Shown here piece after piece: positions 55,865 to 63,179 of a stretch of 63,833 bases of DNA; positions within the stretch are counted from its first letter, which is position 1, and each line of letters begins with the position of its first letter. The stretch comes from Candidatus Pacearchaeota archaeon (GTDB lineage Archaea; Nanobdellota; Nanobdellia; Pacearchaeales; GW2011-AR1). The notes beneath the pieces were generated by a model. The model was not told the DNA's origin. It was given only the letters and a program-made list of their open reading frames with translations, and made no database searches. Both the position numbers and the translations under genes were made by a program. The stretch lies in NCBI GenBank assembly GCA_018303995.1, contig JAGVXB010000012.1, positions 1 to 63,833 of the forward strand, read 5' to 3'.

Positions 55865-56362
55865 ATGAATAAAAAGAGTTCAATGAAAAAAGACAAATCG
55901 AACTACAACGGTGCAGTCGTTCTAGGATTAAATGACGCATTAGTTGAAATAAGCGGAGCCCTAGTCGGATTAAGCTTTGCCTTTGCAGACACTAAACTTA
56001 TTTCTACTGTAGGTTCAATAACAGGATTTGCCGCAGCATTATCAATGGCTGCTTCAGAGTACTTGTCAGCAAAAGAAGACAACAGGAAAAACCCCCTAAA
56101 AGCATCAATATATACGGGAATAACTTACATGTTAGCAGTTTTAATTTTAGTCACTCCATATTTTATTTTTACAAATGTTTACACAGCAACGGGAGTTATG
56201 TTTGCATCGATTATAGGAATGATTGCTCTATACACCGGATACGCATCATCAATTAACCACACAAGTTTCAAATCCAAGTTCATGGAAATGTTCACAATAA
56301 CTTTAGTAGTTTCAGTAATAAGCTTTTTATTCGGAATGTTAGTTAAGAAGTTGACTAGTTAA
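55865..56362 (+). CDS. VIT1/CCC1-family (iron/manganese) transporter, short form
   Basis: VLGLNDALVEISGALVGLSFA and a repeated TM pattern. Confidence 0.6.
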   Translation: MNKKSSMKKDKSNYNGAVVLGLNDALVEISGALVGLSFAFADTKLISTVGSITGFAAALSMAASEYLSAKEDNRKNPLKASIYTGITYMLAVLILVTPYFIFTNVYTATGVMFASIIGMIALYTGYASSINHTSFKSKFMEMFTITLVVSVISFLFGMLVKKLTS

Positions 56363-56411
56363 TGTGCGGGCCACCGTCATATACTAAATAGCATTTTGAC
56401 TGGAAATGGAC

Positions 56412-56747
56412 TTAAACCAAAGAAATATTTTTCATTGCTTCTTTAATTTCTTTAATCTCTTTTGTAGCAGTTACCCAAACTCTGCTTAAACTAGCTTCAA
56501 AATAAGAGTGTGCTATAAAATTTCTATAATTAATCATTTTAAACCAAGGCACATGATTATTTTTCTCTTTTAAAGATCTAGGGACATTACTGCTTGCTTC
56601 ACCTATTATTTCTAATCTTCTTATTACTGCATCTTGAAGCATTATATTTTTACTAAAATCTTGTTCGGAAATATCTTGCAAATAAGATTCGATTTGTTTT
56701 ATACAGTCTTTTATGTCTCGTAAATATAACTTATAGTCTCTTTTCAT
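56412..56747 (-). CDS. hepT: HepT-like HEPN toxin (DUF86)
   Basis: RRLEIIGEAS and RNFIAHSY (the Rx4H HEPN motif). Overlaps the upstream MNT gene by 4 nt. Confidence 0.8.
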   Translation of the reverse strand: MKRDYKLYLRDIKDCIKQIESYLQDISEQDFSKNIMLQDAVIRRLEIIGEASSNVPRSLKEKNNHVPWFKMINYRNFIAHSYFEASLSRVWVTATKEIKEIKEAMKNISLV

Positions 56748-57034
56748 CGAATGATTGGTATCTCCTCATTTAATATTCTAGATTTCAATTCTTTCCTTAT
56801 AGTAGAATACTCAACAAGATCTACTTTTCTTTTCAATCGTTTCTCAAGTAACATTTTAAGAGCAATTATAGCCATTAGCCCCTTGCCATCATTCATTTCT
56901 ATTAATATATCAACATCGCTCCCTTTCTTTTCATCTCCACGAGCATAACTTCCAAATATTCCCGCTTTTGTGACATTATGTTCCTGAAGCAACGGAACTA
57001 TCTTTTTCTTTATTTCCTGCAGTGATTTCTTCAT
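56744..57034 (-). CDS. mntA: MntA-like minimal nucleotidyltransferase antitoxin
   Basis: GIFGSYARGDEKKGSDVDILIE (GSx10-ish DxD nucleotidyltransferase motif). Confidence 0.8.
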   Translation of the reverse strand: MKKSLQEIKKKIVPLLQEHNVTKAGIFGSYARGDEKKGSDVDILIEMNDGKGLMAIIALKMLLEKRLKRKVDLVEYSTIRKELKSRILNEEIPIIR

Positions 57035-57135
57035 GTTTTTTAGAGATATTAGAACTTTTTAACACTTTTGACATATGCGCGGGCCGTGTTCCGATACTCT
57101 TTTCCATCTTGATGCGCAACTAAAATAAGGTAAAC

Positions 57136-57151
57136 AAAAGCTTTATAAATA
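57136..57151 (+). promoter_or_regulatory. BRE/TATA-like motif AAAAGCTTTATAAATA 25 nt upstream of the ATG at 57171
   Basis: Sequence and spacing. The motif recurs. Confidence 0.45.
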
Positions 57152-57170
57152 GTTATTTAAAAGTAGTTAC

Positions 57171-57863
57171 ATGAAGAAACTATATTTGGTCGGCACCCAT
57201 CACCTTGACTTAAAAGGTCCTACAAGGCTTGAAAGATTTTTTGGGTTTGTTAGACCTGACACCATAGGATTAGAGTCAACAATAGAAAATTTGGAAAGAA
57301 GACTAAAAGACCATAAAAACTGGCAAAATCAAAGAAATGTTACACAAGAAGCTTTAGTAGGATTATATGGTAGAGAAGGAGCTAAAAAAATAGATCAATA
57401 TCTTACTATGATTGGTTATGAATGCTGGGTATCTGCAAATCATGCACAAAAAAATTCAGGCGTAAGATTAGTTAATTGTGATGAATATGACAAAGTAGAA
57501 TTTCAACAAATAGGTAAAAAAGTTTTTGGAGAGGGAGTAGATGAGAATCAAGATATTACAAGAAGTTTTATTGATGAGATAGCAACATATGACCTTATAG
57601 ATCTTCAAAAAACAATTGATCAATCATATCAAGATGTTTCAATTACAGCACTACAAAAAAATCAAAAAGAATTTAGAACACTTATGTTAGATAGAGATAA
57701 AGTTGCAGAAAGTAAGATTAGAGAGGCTTTCGCAGGTGCAAGTCATACTCTTGTTTATGTTGGAGGAACATTGCATTTTTTTGGAGATTATCCTAATTTA
57801 TATGAAAGACTAAAAGATCTAAATCCCTCAAAAATAAAGTTAGTTGATGTTGATCAATTTTAA
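57171..57863 (+). CDS. TraB/GumN-like family protein (tentative)
   Basis: The N-terminus LYLVGTHHLDLKGPTRLERFFGFVRPDTIGLES resembles the TraB-type GTAHxS...PDxVxVE block. Otherwise unassigned. Confidence 0.35.
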   Translation: MKKLYLVGTHHLDLKGPTRLERFFGFVRPDTIGLESTIENLERRLKDHKNWQNQRNVTQEALVGLYGREGAKKIDQYLTMIGYECWVSANHAQKNSGVRLVNCDEYDKVEFQQIGKKVFGEGVDENQDITRSFIDEIATYDLIDLQKTIDQSYQDVSITALQKNQKEFRTLMLDRDKVAESKIREAFAGASHTLVYVGGTLHFFGDYPNLYERLKDLNPSKIKLVDVDQF

Positions 57864-57884
57864 ATTTCCAACGATGGACTTTAG

Positions 57885-57900
57885 TTCGCACAAGTGCGAA
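57885..57900 (+). terminator. perfect palindrome TTCGCAC-AA-GTGCGAA downstream of 57171..57863
   Basis: GC-rich inverted repeat 22 nt after the stop codon. It could be a terminator hairpin or a protein-binding site. Confidence 0.3.
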
Positions 57901-57955
57901 AGACCCCATGAAGATGGAAAAAAGTATGGATGCGCGGGCCGGAAATTAAACTAAA

Positions 57956-58288
57956 TTAATCAACAAGACTTTGTAAATATTCTGCACGTACTTTCATATC
58001 ATCAATAAATCTTTGTTCTTTTTTATATTCAGTACTTCCTTGATGACCATCCATGCTATAAGTAACTGAAAATCTTTCAGAGTAAGCATTCTCTTTTTTA
58101 CCAACTTGAATAGTTATAACTGCAATTCTTTCAAAGATATCTCCAAAAGCGACTCGTGGATGATTTGGAGGAATATTGTCCCATTGAGAGCAATCAAGAT
58201 TTACCTCATATCTCAATCCCTTTCTTTTTGCTTTATCTGCAAAATCCTCGGCTCTAGAAGTACCGAGAAAGCTAGATGTCCAGCTCAT
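57956..58288 (-). CDS. hypothetical protein (110 aa) translationally coupled to rpl15
   Basis: ATGA overlap with the L15 stop. No family recognised. Confidence 0.45.
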   Translation of the reverse strand: MSWTSSFLGTSRAEDFADKAKRKGLRYEVNLDCSQWDNIPPNHPRVAFGDIFERIAVITIQVGKKENAYSERFSVTYSMDGHQGSTEYKKEQRFIDDMKVRAEYLQSLVD

Positions 58289-58713
58289 GATTTTTTATCA
58301 TCATTTCTTAATGTTATCTCGCCACCATGCTTCTTAACGCTCTTGATTGCGCTTTCACTTGCTCCGCCAGCAGTTATATTCAGTTTTACTGGTTGCGTCA
58401 AAGTTCCAACAACTTTATAATTTGAATAATCTGCGCTGTCCTTAACTTTATTGAATGACAATCGGTCTAAATTTAACGTTTTCAATTTATGCCTATTTCC
58501 ATAAACCATCTTAGTCTGACGCTTACCAAAATACTCTGGCAAGGTGTTCTTTAAAATCATCGACTTTCTCTGGTCTCCACGCTTTCCAGTTCCAGCCATT
58601 CCTACTCCTCCTCTGTGACCGCTTCCTCGAGCTTTCTTCTTGAATCCTCGACCGTGAGTATGACTTCCTCTAAATCTTCTTGATTTTCTGCGTCTCTTTA
58701 CACGTAAAGCCAT
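58285..58713 (-). CDS. rpl15: 50S ribosomal protein uL15
   Basis: MALRVKRRRKSRRFRGSHTHGRGFKKKARGSGHRGGVGMAGTGKR. The start ATG overlaps the upstream stop (TAATG). The track start is TTG. Confidence 0.9.
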   Translation of the reverse strand: MALRVKRRRKSRRFRGSHTHGRGFKKKARGSGHRGGVGMAGTGKRGDQRKSMILKNTLPEYFGKRQTKMVYGNRHKLKTLNLDRLSFNKVKDSADYSNYKVVGTLTQPVKLNITAGGASESAIKSVKKHGGEITLRNDDKKS

Positions 58714-58901
58714 TAGTCCTCCCCCCAATCTTTAGCGCGAATTTCTTCCATTAAATTTTCATCAGCGAGAGATTCAAATTTCTCTTCGTCAGCTTCAATA
58801 AAACAATCAGATGAACTGCAACGAGCACATTCTTCAGGCGGTAGTTTACCGTAAGCAATAGAACCGCATTCACATTCCCAAGCTGTTTTTAATTTACTCA
58901 T
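58713..58901 (-). CDS. 62-aa zinc-ribbon (rubredoxin-like) protein with acidic tail
   Basis: WECECGSIAYGKLPPEECARCSS gives CxC...CxxC. Wedged between rpl30 and rpl15 with no intergenic spacer. Confidence 0.5.
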   Translation of the reverse strand: MSKLKTAWECECGSIAYGKLPPEECARCSSSDCFIEADEEKFESLADENLMEEIRAKDWGED

Positions 58902-59317
58902 AACATTCTCTCCAATAACAAGTTAATATGCTCTCCATTATCTCCTAACACTCCTCTACCGACTCCAAAATGTTTCTTACTCTCTATTCCTTTTCTTGGA
59001 GGGTGTAATCTAAAGAACGGCTTTAAGCCCAGCTCAGATAAAGATTTCTTCTCAAGACCTTTTATGACTGCTTCTGAATTTATTTTTGTTTTTTTCAAAG
59101 ACTCTCCCCGTAATGAAATAAGTTTACTAAGCATCTCGTCGCTTATTTTTCCAAAAGCTACAAAACTTCTAACTTTATGTAATATCTTGGTAGTCTCAAT
59201 AGTTTCAGGCATTAAAATGGCAGAAAACTTTCTTCTTAGTCTCATATGGTCCAAAGTATGTGCAACTTTGTAAGGCACATCAACCATTCCAGAGATTCTA
59301 ATTACAAGTAAAGTCAT
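58898..59317 (-). CDS. rpl30: 50S ribosomal protein uL30
   Basis: MTLLVIRISGMVDVPYKVAHTLDHMRLRRKFSAIL. ATGA overlap with the rps5 stop. Confidence 0.85.
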   Translation of the reverse strand: MTLLVIRISGMVDVPYKVAHTLDHMRLRRKFSAILMPETIETTKILHKVRSFVAFGKISDEMLSKLISLRGESLKKTKINSEAVIKGLEKKSLSELGLKPFFRLHPPRKGIESKKHFGVGRGVLGDNGEHINLLLERML

Positions 59318-60051
59318 ACTAATCCTCCAGTCTTCTTCAACGCTTCCATACATGCAGTTGCGGAATTTATTGTCGAACGCCCATATCCTTTAGTATACGA
59401 ATATATGTCTTTAATTCCAGCCAATTTGAGAATCTTCTTGCATTCATCTCCAATAACTAACCCAGTTCCTTGAGGAGCAGGTATTAATTTAATTACAACA
59501 CTGCCACATTTTCCTTCAACAATATAAGGGATGCTATGTAATTCTGAACAAGCACAATCAAAATGTCCACACCCTCTATTTACTTTGATTATATTAAGTT
59601 TAGCAAGCCTTACCGCTTTCTCTCTCGAAGGCAATGTTTCTTTTGATTTTCCTAAACCAAGACCAACATGTCCATTTTTATCTCCTACAACAGCCATAGA
59701 TGAGAATGTTAAAACATTTCCTTCCATTGTTTTCTTTTGAGTCTGTCTCCATGCTCTTCTCTTTCCGCCTCCAAACTTACCTTTTGACTGACCTACAAGA
59801 ATTAAATCCTTGTCCAATGTAACTAAACTGTCCACTATTTCAGGTTCAAGAATTCTTTTCTTACCAAGTAATATTTCATCTATGTTTTTTATCTTTCCAC
59901 TTTTAACCTCTCGACCAATTTGAGTTTTAGGATCCCAAGCTTGAACTGTAGTATGTTCTTCCTTAATTCCTTCAGTCATTAATGCTTCTTCACTTGCAGG
60001 AATCTCTATACTTATTCCAATTTCTTCTTTCTCATTTATTTTTTGTTCCAT
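59314..60051 (-). CDS. rps5: 30S ribosomal protein uS5
   Basis: FSSMAVVGDKNGHVGLGLGKSKE and GTGLVIGDECKKILKLAGIKD, plus operon position. Confidence 0.9.
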   Translation of the reverse strand: MEQKINEKEEIGISIEIPASEEALMTEGIKEEHTTVQAWDPKTQIGREVKSGKIKNIDEILLGKKRILEPEIVDSLVTLDKDLILVGQSKGKFGGGKRRAWRQTQKKTMEGNVLTFSSMAVVGDKNGHVGLGLGKSKETLPSREKAVRLAKLNIIKVNRGCGHFDCACSELHSIPYIVEGKCGSVVIKLIPAPQGTGLVIGDECKKILKLAGIKDIYSYTKGYGRSTINSATACMEALKKTGGLV

Positions 60052-60053
60052 TG

Positions 60054-60539
60054 TTAAATAATCTTCTCCTTTAGTTGATTAATAAGTTTTGCCGTCTCTT
60101 TCTTTTTATTAATTAAATCTTCTGTAGGCAAAACATCATCATTACATGGAATATCAAAACCAGCATCTTTCAATCCTTTAACGAAAGCATATATTCTAGA
60201 TTTAGGAACATGAGTCAATAAACCTATATCCAAAACGCCTTCCTTAATATTTTTAGATTTTTTAACAAGTAAATATCCCATCAAATAAGCAGCAGGAAGA
60301 CTCTTCAAACTCCCGCTAAGTTTTTCAGGCCAACCATATTTAATCAAATCTTTGGTGGTGACGTTAACTAATACCTTATCCTGTGCAATTTCAGAAACGA
60401 CTATCTGTGCTAACAAATAGCGATTTGTTTTTCTAAATATTACTCTCGGTTTTCCAGATTTAAGAAGATACAATCTAGCCTTATAATCTGTTCTCCCCTC
60501 AAGTCTTCTTTTTCTGATGGTTCTTTGAATTCCTTGCAT
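60054..60539 (-). CDS. rpl18: 50S ribosomal protein uL18
   Basis: RRLEGRTDYKARLYLLKSGKPRVIFRKTNRY and operon position. Confidence 0.9.
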   Translation of the reverse strand: MQGIQRTIRKRRLEGRTDYKARLYLLKSGKPRVIFRKTNRYLLAQIVVSEIAQDKVLVNVTTKDLIKYGWPEKLSGSLKSLPAAYLMGYLLVKKSKNIKEGVLDIGLLTHVPKSRIYAFVKGLKDAGFDIPCNDDVLPTEDLINKKKETAKLINQLKEKII

Positions 60540-60540
60540 T

Positions 60541-60954
60541 TTATTTACTCTCCTTCTGCATAATTTGAATATGCTCTTTTAGATGTGCTTTGTTCTTGAA
60601 TATCTTACTTCTTATTCCTTTGCGTATTTTAGCAAACTCTTCATTATTTATTGAGCCATGCTTTCTTATTTCTGAAATATATGCTCTTAACTTTCTTGTT
60701 AAAATAATATAATCTCTCTTACGAGTATTAGGTCTCATACGAATACTTCCGCCCCTTCTTCTTTTCCTAGCAACATTAACCTTTCTACCCTTTATTTCTC
60801 TGATGAATATAGACTTATTAGCAACTAAATCTCTAACATCTTGTTTAGTTATTGCTTCTTTTATTTCATTAATGCGTCCTGTATTGAACATTACTCTGCC
60901 TTTGCCTATTCCAAGAGTTCTAGCAACAAGTGCTCTCTTCTTACTTAGATCCAT
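60541..60954 (-). CDS. rpl19e: 50S ribosomal protein eL19
   Basis: MDLSKKRALVARTLGIGKGRV...RKRRRGGSIR. The track start is TTG. Confidence 0.9.
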   Translation of the reverse strand: MDLSKKRALVARTLGIGKGRVMFNTGRINEIKEAITKQDVRDLVANKSIFIREIKGRKVNVARKRRRGGSIRMRPNTRKRDYIILTRKLRAYISEIRKHGSINNEEFAKIRKGIRSKIFKNKAHLKEHIQIMQKESK

Positions 60955-61306
60955 CTTTGCCTCCAAAACTCTTTACATTTAAAATATGCAAGCTCATCTC
61001 TTGTGCTTTCTTTATAATTTCTATTTTTTTCTTGGCCCCGATGGTTCGTGCAACTATAACAATATTATCTTTTCCAGCGTTGCTCAAATCAGACATGGAG
61101 TAAATCATCAAAGGAGTCTTTCCCTTAATTTTCCCAGATTCTCTCTTATCAGCCTTAAATCCAATACGAGGAGACTTAGTATAACCAAATCTATTTTTAC
61201 GTATCTTGCTATGTCTTCCAACAGCTCTTCTCCATCTCTGCAACTTAGGTCTATTACGTCCCATTCTGCTGAATTTCAAAGTGCTACGCCTTACGAATTT
61301 TTTCAT
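60941..61306 (-). CDS. rpl32e: 50S ribosomal protein eL32
   Basis: KLQRWRRAVGRHSKIRK and operon position. Confidence 0.85.
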   Translation of the reverse strand: MKKFVRRSTLKFSRMGRNRPKLQRWRRAVGRHSKIRKNRFGYTKSPRIGFKADKRESGKIKGKTPLMIYSMSDLSNAGKDNIVIVARTIGAKKKIEIIKKAQEMSLHILNVKSFGGKDGSK

Positions 61307-61845
61307 ATATTAACTCCTGGTTTTTTAGTTATAAAAATCCCGTCTTGGAAAATACGTCTATCTTTATTTGTAACTGCAGAAGCCTTTTCAATATTGGCAG
61401 CAGTTTGTCCTGCTTTTTCAACATCAGCACTTGATATTTTTATCTTAGTACCTTCTATTTTAACTTCCACTCCTGGAAGAATATTAGCGCTTCTAGGTAC
61501 TTTTTCACCAAGAAAGTTAGTTATTACAACTTTATCTTTTTCAGCCTTAACAGTCATTGGAAAATGTACATTACATATTTCCATTTCATACACAAATCTT
61601 TCTTTGATTCCGTGAAACATATTTTTTATATGAGACACATAAGAATTTACGCTAGCAACACTCTTCCTATTTGACTGATTGCATTTAATCACTATCTCTT
61701 TTTCTCCAACAGTTAATATCAAATTAGGATTTTCAAAAGCTTTCGATAAATTAGTATTTCCCTTTGAACATTCAAGCAAGTTGCCTGAAAATTTGCATTT
61801 AACTCCATCAGGAATTGCAACACTGTTCTCATAAGTATTTTTCAT
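61303..61845 (-). CDS. rpl6: 50S ribosomal protein uL6
   Basis: Two-domain L6 pattern (..FHGIKERFVYEMEICNVHFPMTV..) and operon position. Confidence 0.85.
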   Translation of the reverse strand: MKNTYENSVAIPDGVKCKFSGNLLECSKGNTNLSKAFENPNLILTVGEKEIVIKCNQSNRKSVASVNSYVSHIKNMFHGIKERFVYEMEICNVHFPMTVKAEKDKVVITNFLGEKVPRSANILPGVEVKIEGTKIKISSADVEKAGQTAANIEKASAVTNKDRRIFQDGIFITKKPGVNI

Positions 61846-62033
61846 ATTTCAGCTCCTCTTCCTATTGCGAGTGTAGACGAGCTAGTGGAGATGAAATACT
61901 CAGAAACTTTCATCAGACAAGTTTCTGTTGTTGGAAATTTCTTGAAGTTAGTTGAAATGTCAAAGTGTGTCTGAAGAACACTTTGATCATCCAAAAAACT
62001 ACTATTCAAACTCAAAGTTTTTTTGATTTTCAT
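61842..62033 (-). CDS. unknown 63-aa ORF between rps8 and rpl6
   Basis: Fills the entire rps8-rpl6 spacer. The start is 1 nt after the rps8 stop and the stop overlaps the rpl6 start (ATGA). No family recognised. Confidence 0.4.
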   Translation of the reverse strand: MKIKKTLSLNSSFLDDQSVLQTHFDISTNFKKFPTTETCLMKVSEYFISTSSSTLAIGRGAEI

Positions 62034-62034
62034 A

Positions 62035-62409
62035 TTAGTAAAAGTATGCGACTACGCTTCCTCCAATGTTTTTATCTATAGCTGTCTGATGAGTAACAAG
62101 TCCCTTACTTGTTGAAATAATTAAAGTTCCCATTCCTCTTGCAGGAAGATATCTTCGAATATACTTATCTATGTCCTTTACTTTTACAATATAACGAGGT
62201 TTAACGGCCTTACATTTATTTAACTTGCCAAATTGAACAAACAATCCTTTTGGTGTTACTGAATATTCTGAAATATATCCCTTTAACTTTCCTATAGCTA
62301 AAATATTTTGAAGGAATTTTGAATGATATCTCAATGTAATGCTGTCCTGATTAGCAAGTTTAGCATTCATTATTCGATTTAAACCGTCTGAAACAATATC
62401 TTGGCTCAT
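62035..62409 (-). CDS. rps8: 30S ribosomal protein uS8
   Basis: MSQDIVSDGLNRIMNAKLANQ... and GGSVVAYFY at the C-terminus. I chose the start 1 nt after the rps14 stop. Confidence 0.9.
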   Translation of the reverse strand: MSQDIVSDGLNRIMNAKLANQDSITLRYHSKFLQNILAIGKLKGYISEYSVTPKGLFVQFGKLNKCKAVKPRYIVKVKDIDKYIRRYLPARGMGTLIISTSKGLVTHQTAIDKNIGGSVVAYFY

Positions 62410-62410
62410 G

Positions 62411-62641
62411 TTAACTATATTTTTTGAATCCGATTTCCTCCGCAATTTCTCGGAAACAGTGTCTGCATAAATGCAAGTCGTATTGATTAAGATGTGCTCC
62501 AAAACGTCCACAACGTTTGCATTTTTGCGCAGCAATCCCTGTCTTTCTATCTTTAGGCTTATTAAACTTTAAGAATTTCTTAGCAATAGTTGGCTTATTC
62601 TTTAATTGCTTCAAAACTTTATTCCAGTCACTTGCACTCAT
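62411..62641 (-). CDS. rps14: 30S ribosomal protein uS14 (zinc-binding type) with N-terminal extension
   Basis: CKRCGRFGAHLNQYDLHLCRHCFREIAEEIGFKKY. Confidence 0.85.
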   Translation of the reverse strand: MSASDWNKVLKQLKNKPTIAKKFLKFNKPKDRKTGIAAQKCKRCGRFGAHLNQYDLHLCRHCFREIAEEIGFKKYS

Positions 62642-62669
62642 GTTTAATTTCTTCCCTCCGTTGTGATTT

Positions 62670-63179
62670 TCATTCTACAACCTCCGTCTTAAATGTTTTT
62701 TTCATATAATCTATAATTTCCTCAGGAGAAACATGTTGTTTTTTAGGCACTGTTCCCGGTTTTATTTTTCTTTTCTTAACTCTAACTCCAGAACGCTCAA
62801 AAACAACCGTGACGTTAAATCCCTTAATTCCTATTTCACGGGAATATTTCATTCCAGGAATATTTATGTATTCTGGAATTCCAAATGAAAAATTATTCTT
62901 ATCTATTTGAGATACTTTAAGTTGATTATCAATAGCCCCTAAAAGTTTTCCAAGAACATTTACAGCATCTTCATTTCTAAGAGTTACACATGTGCCAAGT
63001 TCCATTTTGGGCCTTACTCCAAAAGCTGGAATTCTTGTTCTAGCTCCCGATTTAGTAATTTGAGCTTTTTTCTCGCTAATTAATTCAAGAAGTTTCTTTG
63101 CTTTTTCAAGGTCTTTGTCAACTGCTCCAGCACTTAAAACGACTCTTGAAATCTTAGGAACTCTCATAACATTAATCAT
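62670..63179 (-). CDS. rpl5: 50S ribosomal protein uL5
   Basis: Operon position and an L5-like pattern (FSFGIPEYINIPGMKY...GFNVTVV). Confidence 0.85.
   Translation of the reverse strand: MINVMRVPKISRVVLSAGAVDKDLEKAKKLLELISEKKAQITKSGARTRIPAFGVRPKMELGTCVTLRNEDAVNVLGKLLGAIDNQLKVSQIDKNNFSFGIPEYINIPGMKYSREIGIKGFNVTVVFERSGVRVKKRKIKPGTVPKKQHVSPEEIIDYMKKTFKTEVVE

Noticed and set aside
56362-57940. Considered an integron-type cassette array (attC sites between cassettes).
   Set aside because: I could not find the attC R''/R' core consensus (RYYYAAC ... GTTRRRY) around the repeats, and no IntI-like recombinase is in the window. The observation is kept as a generic repeat-delimited cassette finding instead.
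60986-61615. 209-aa plus-strand ORF.
   Set aside because: It lies entirely antisense to rpl32e/rpl6 in a perfectly conserved operon and has an S/L/F-rich low-complexity translation. This is a typical shadow ORF.
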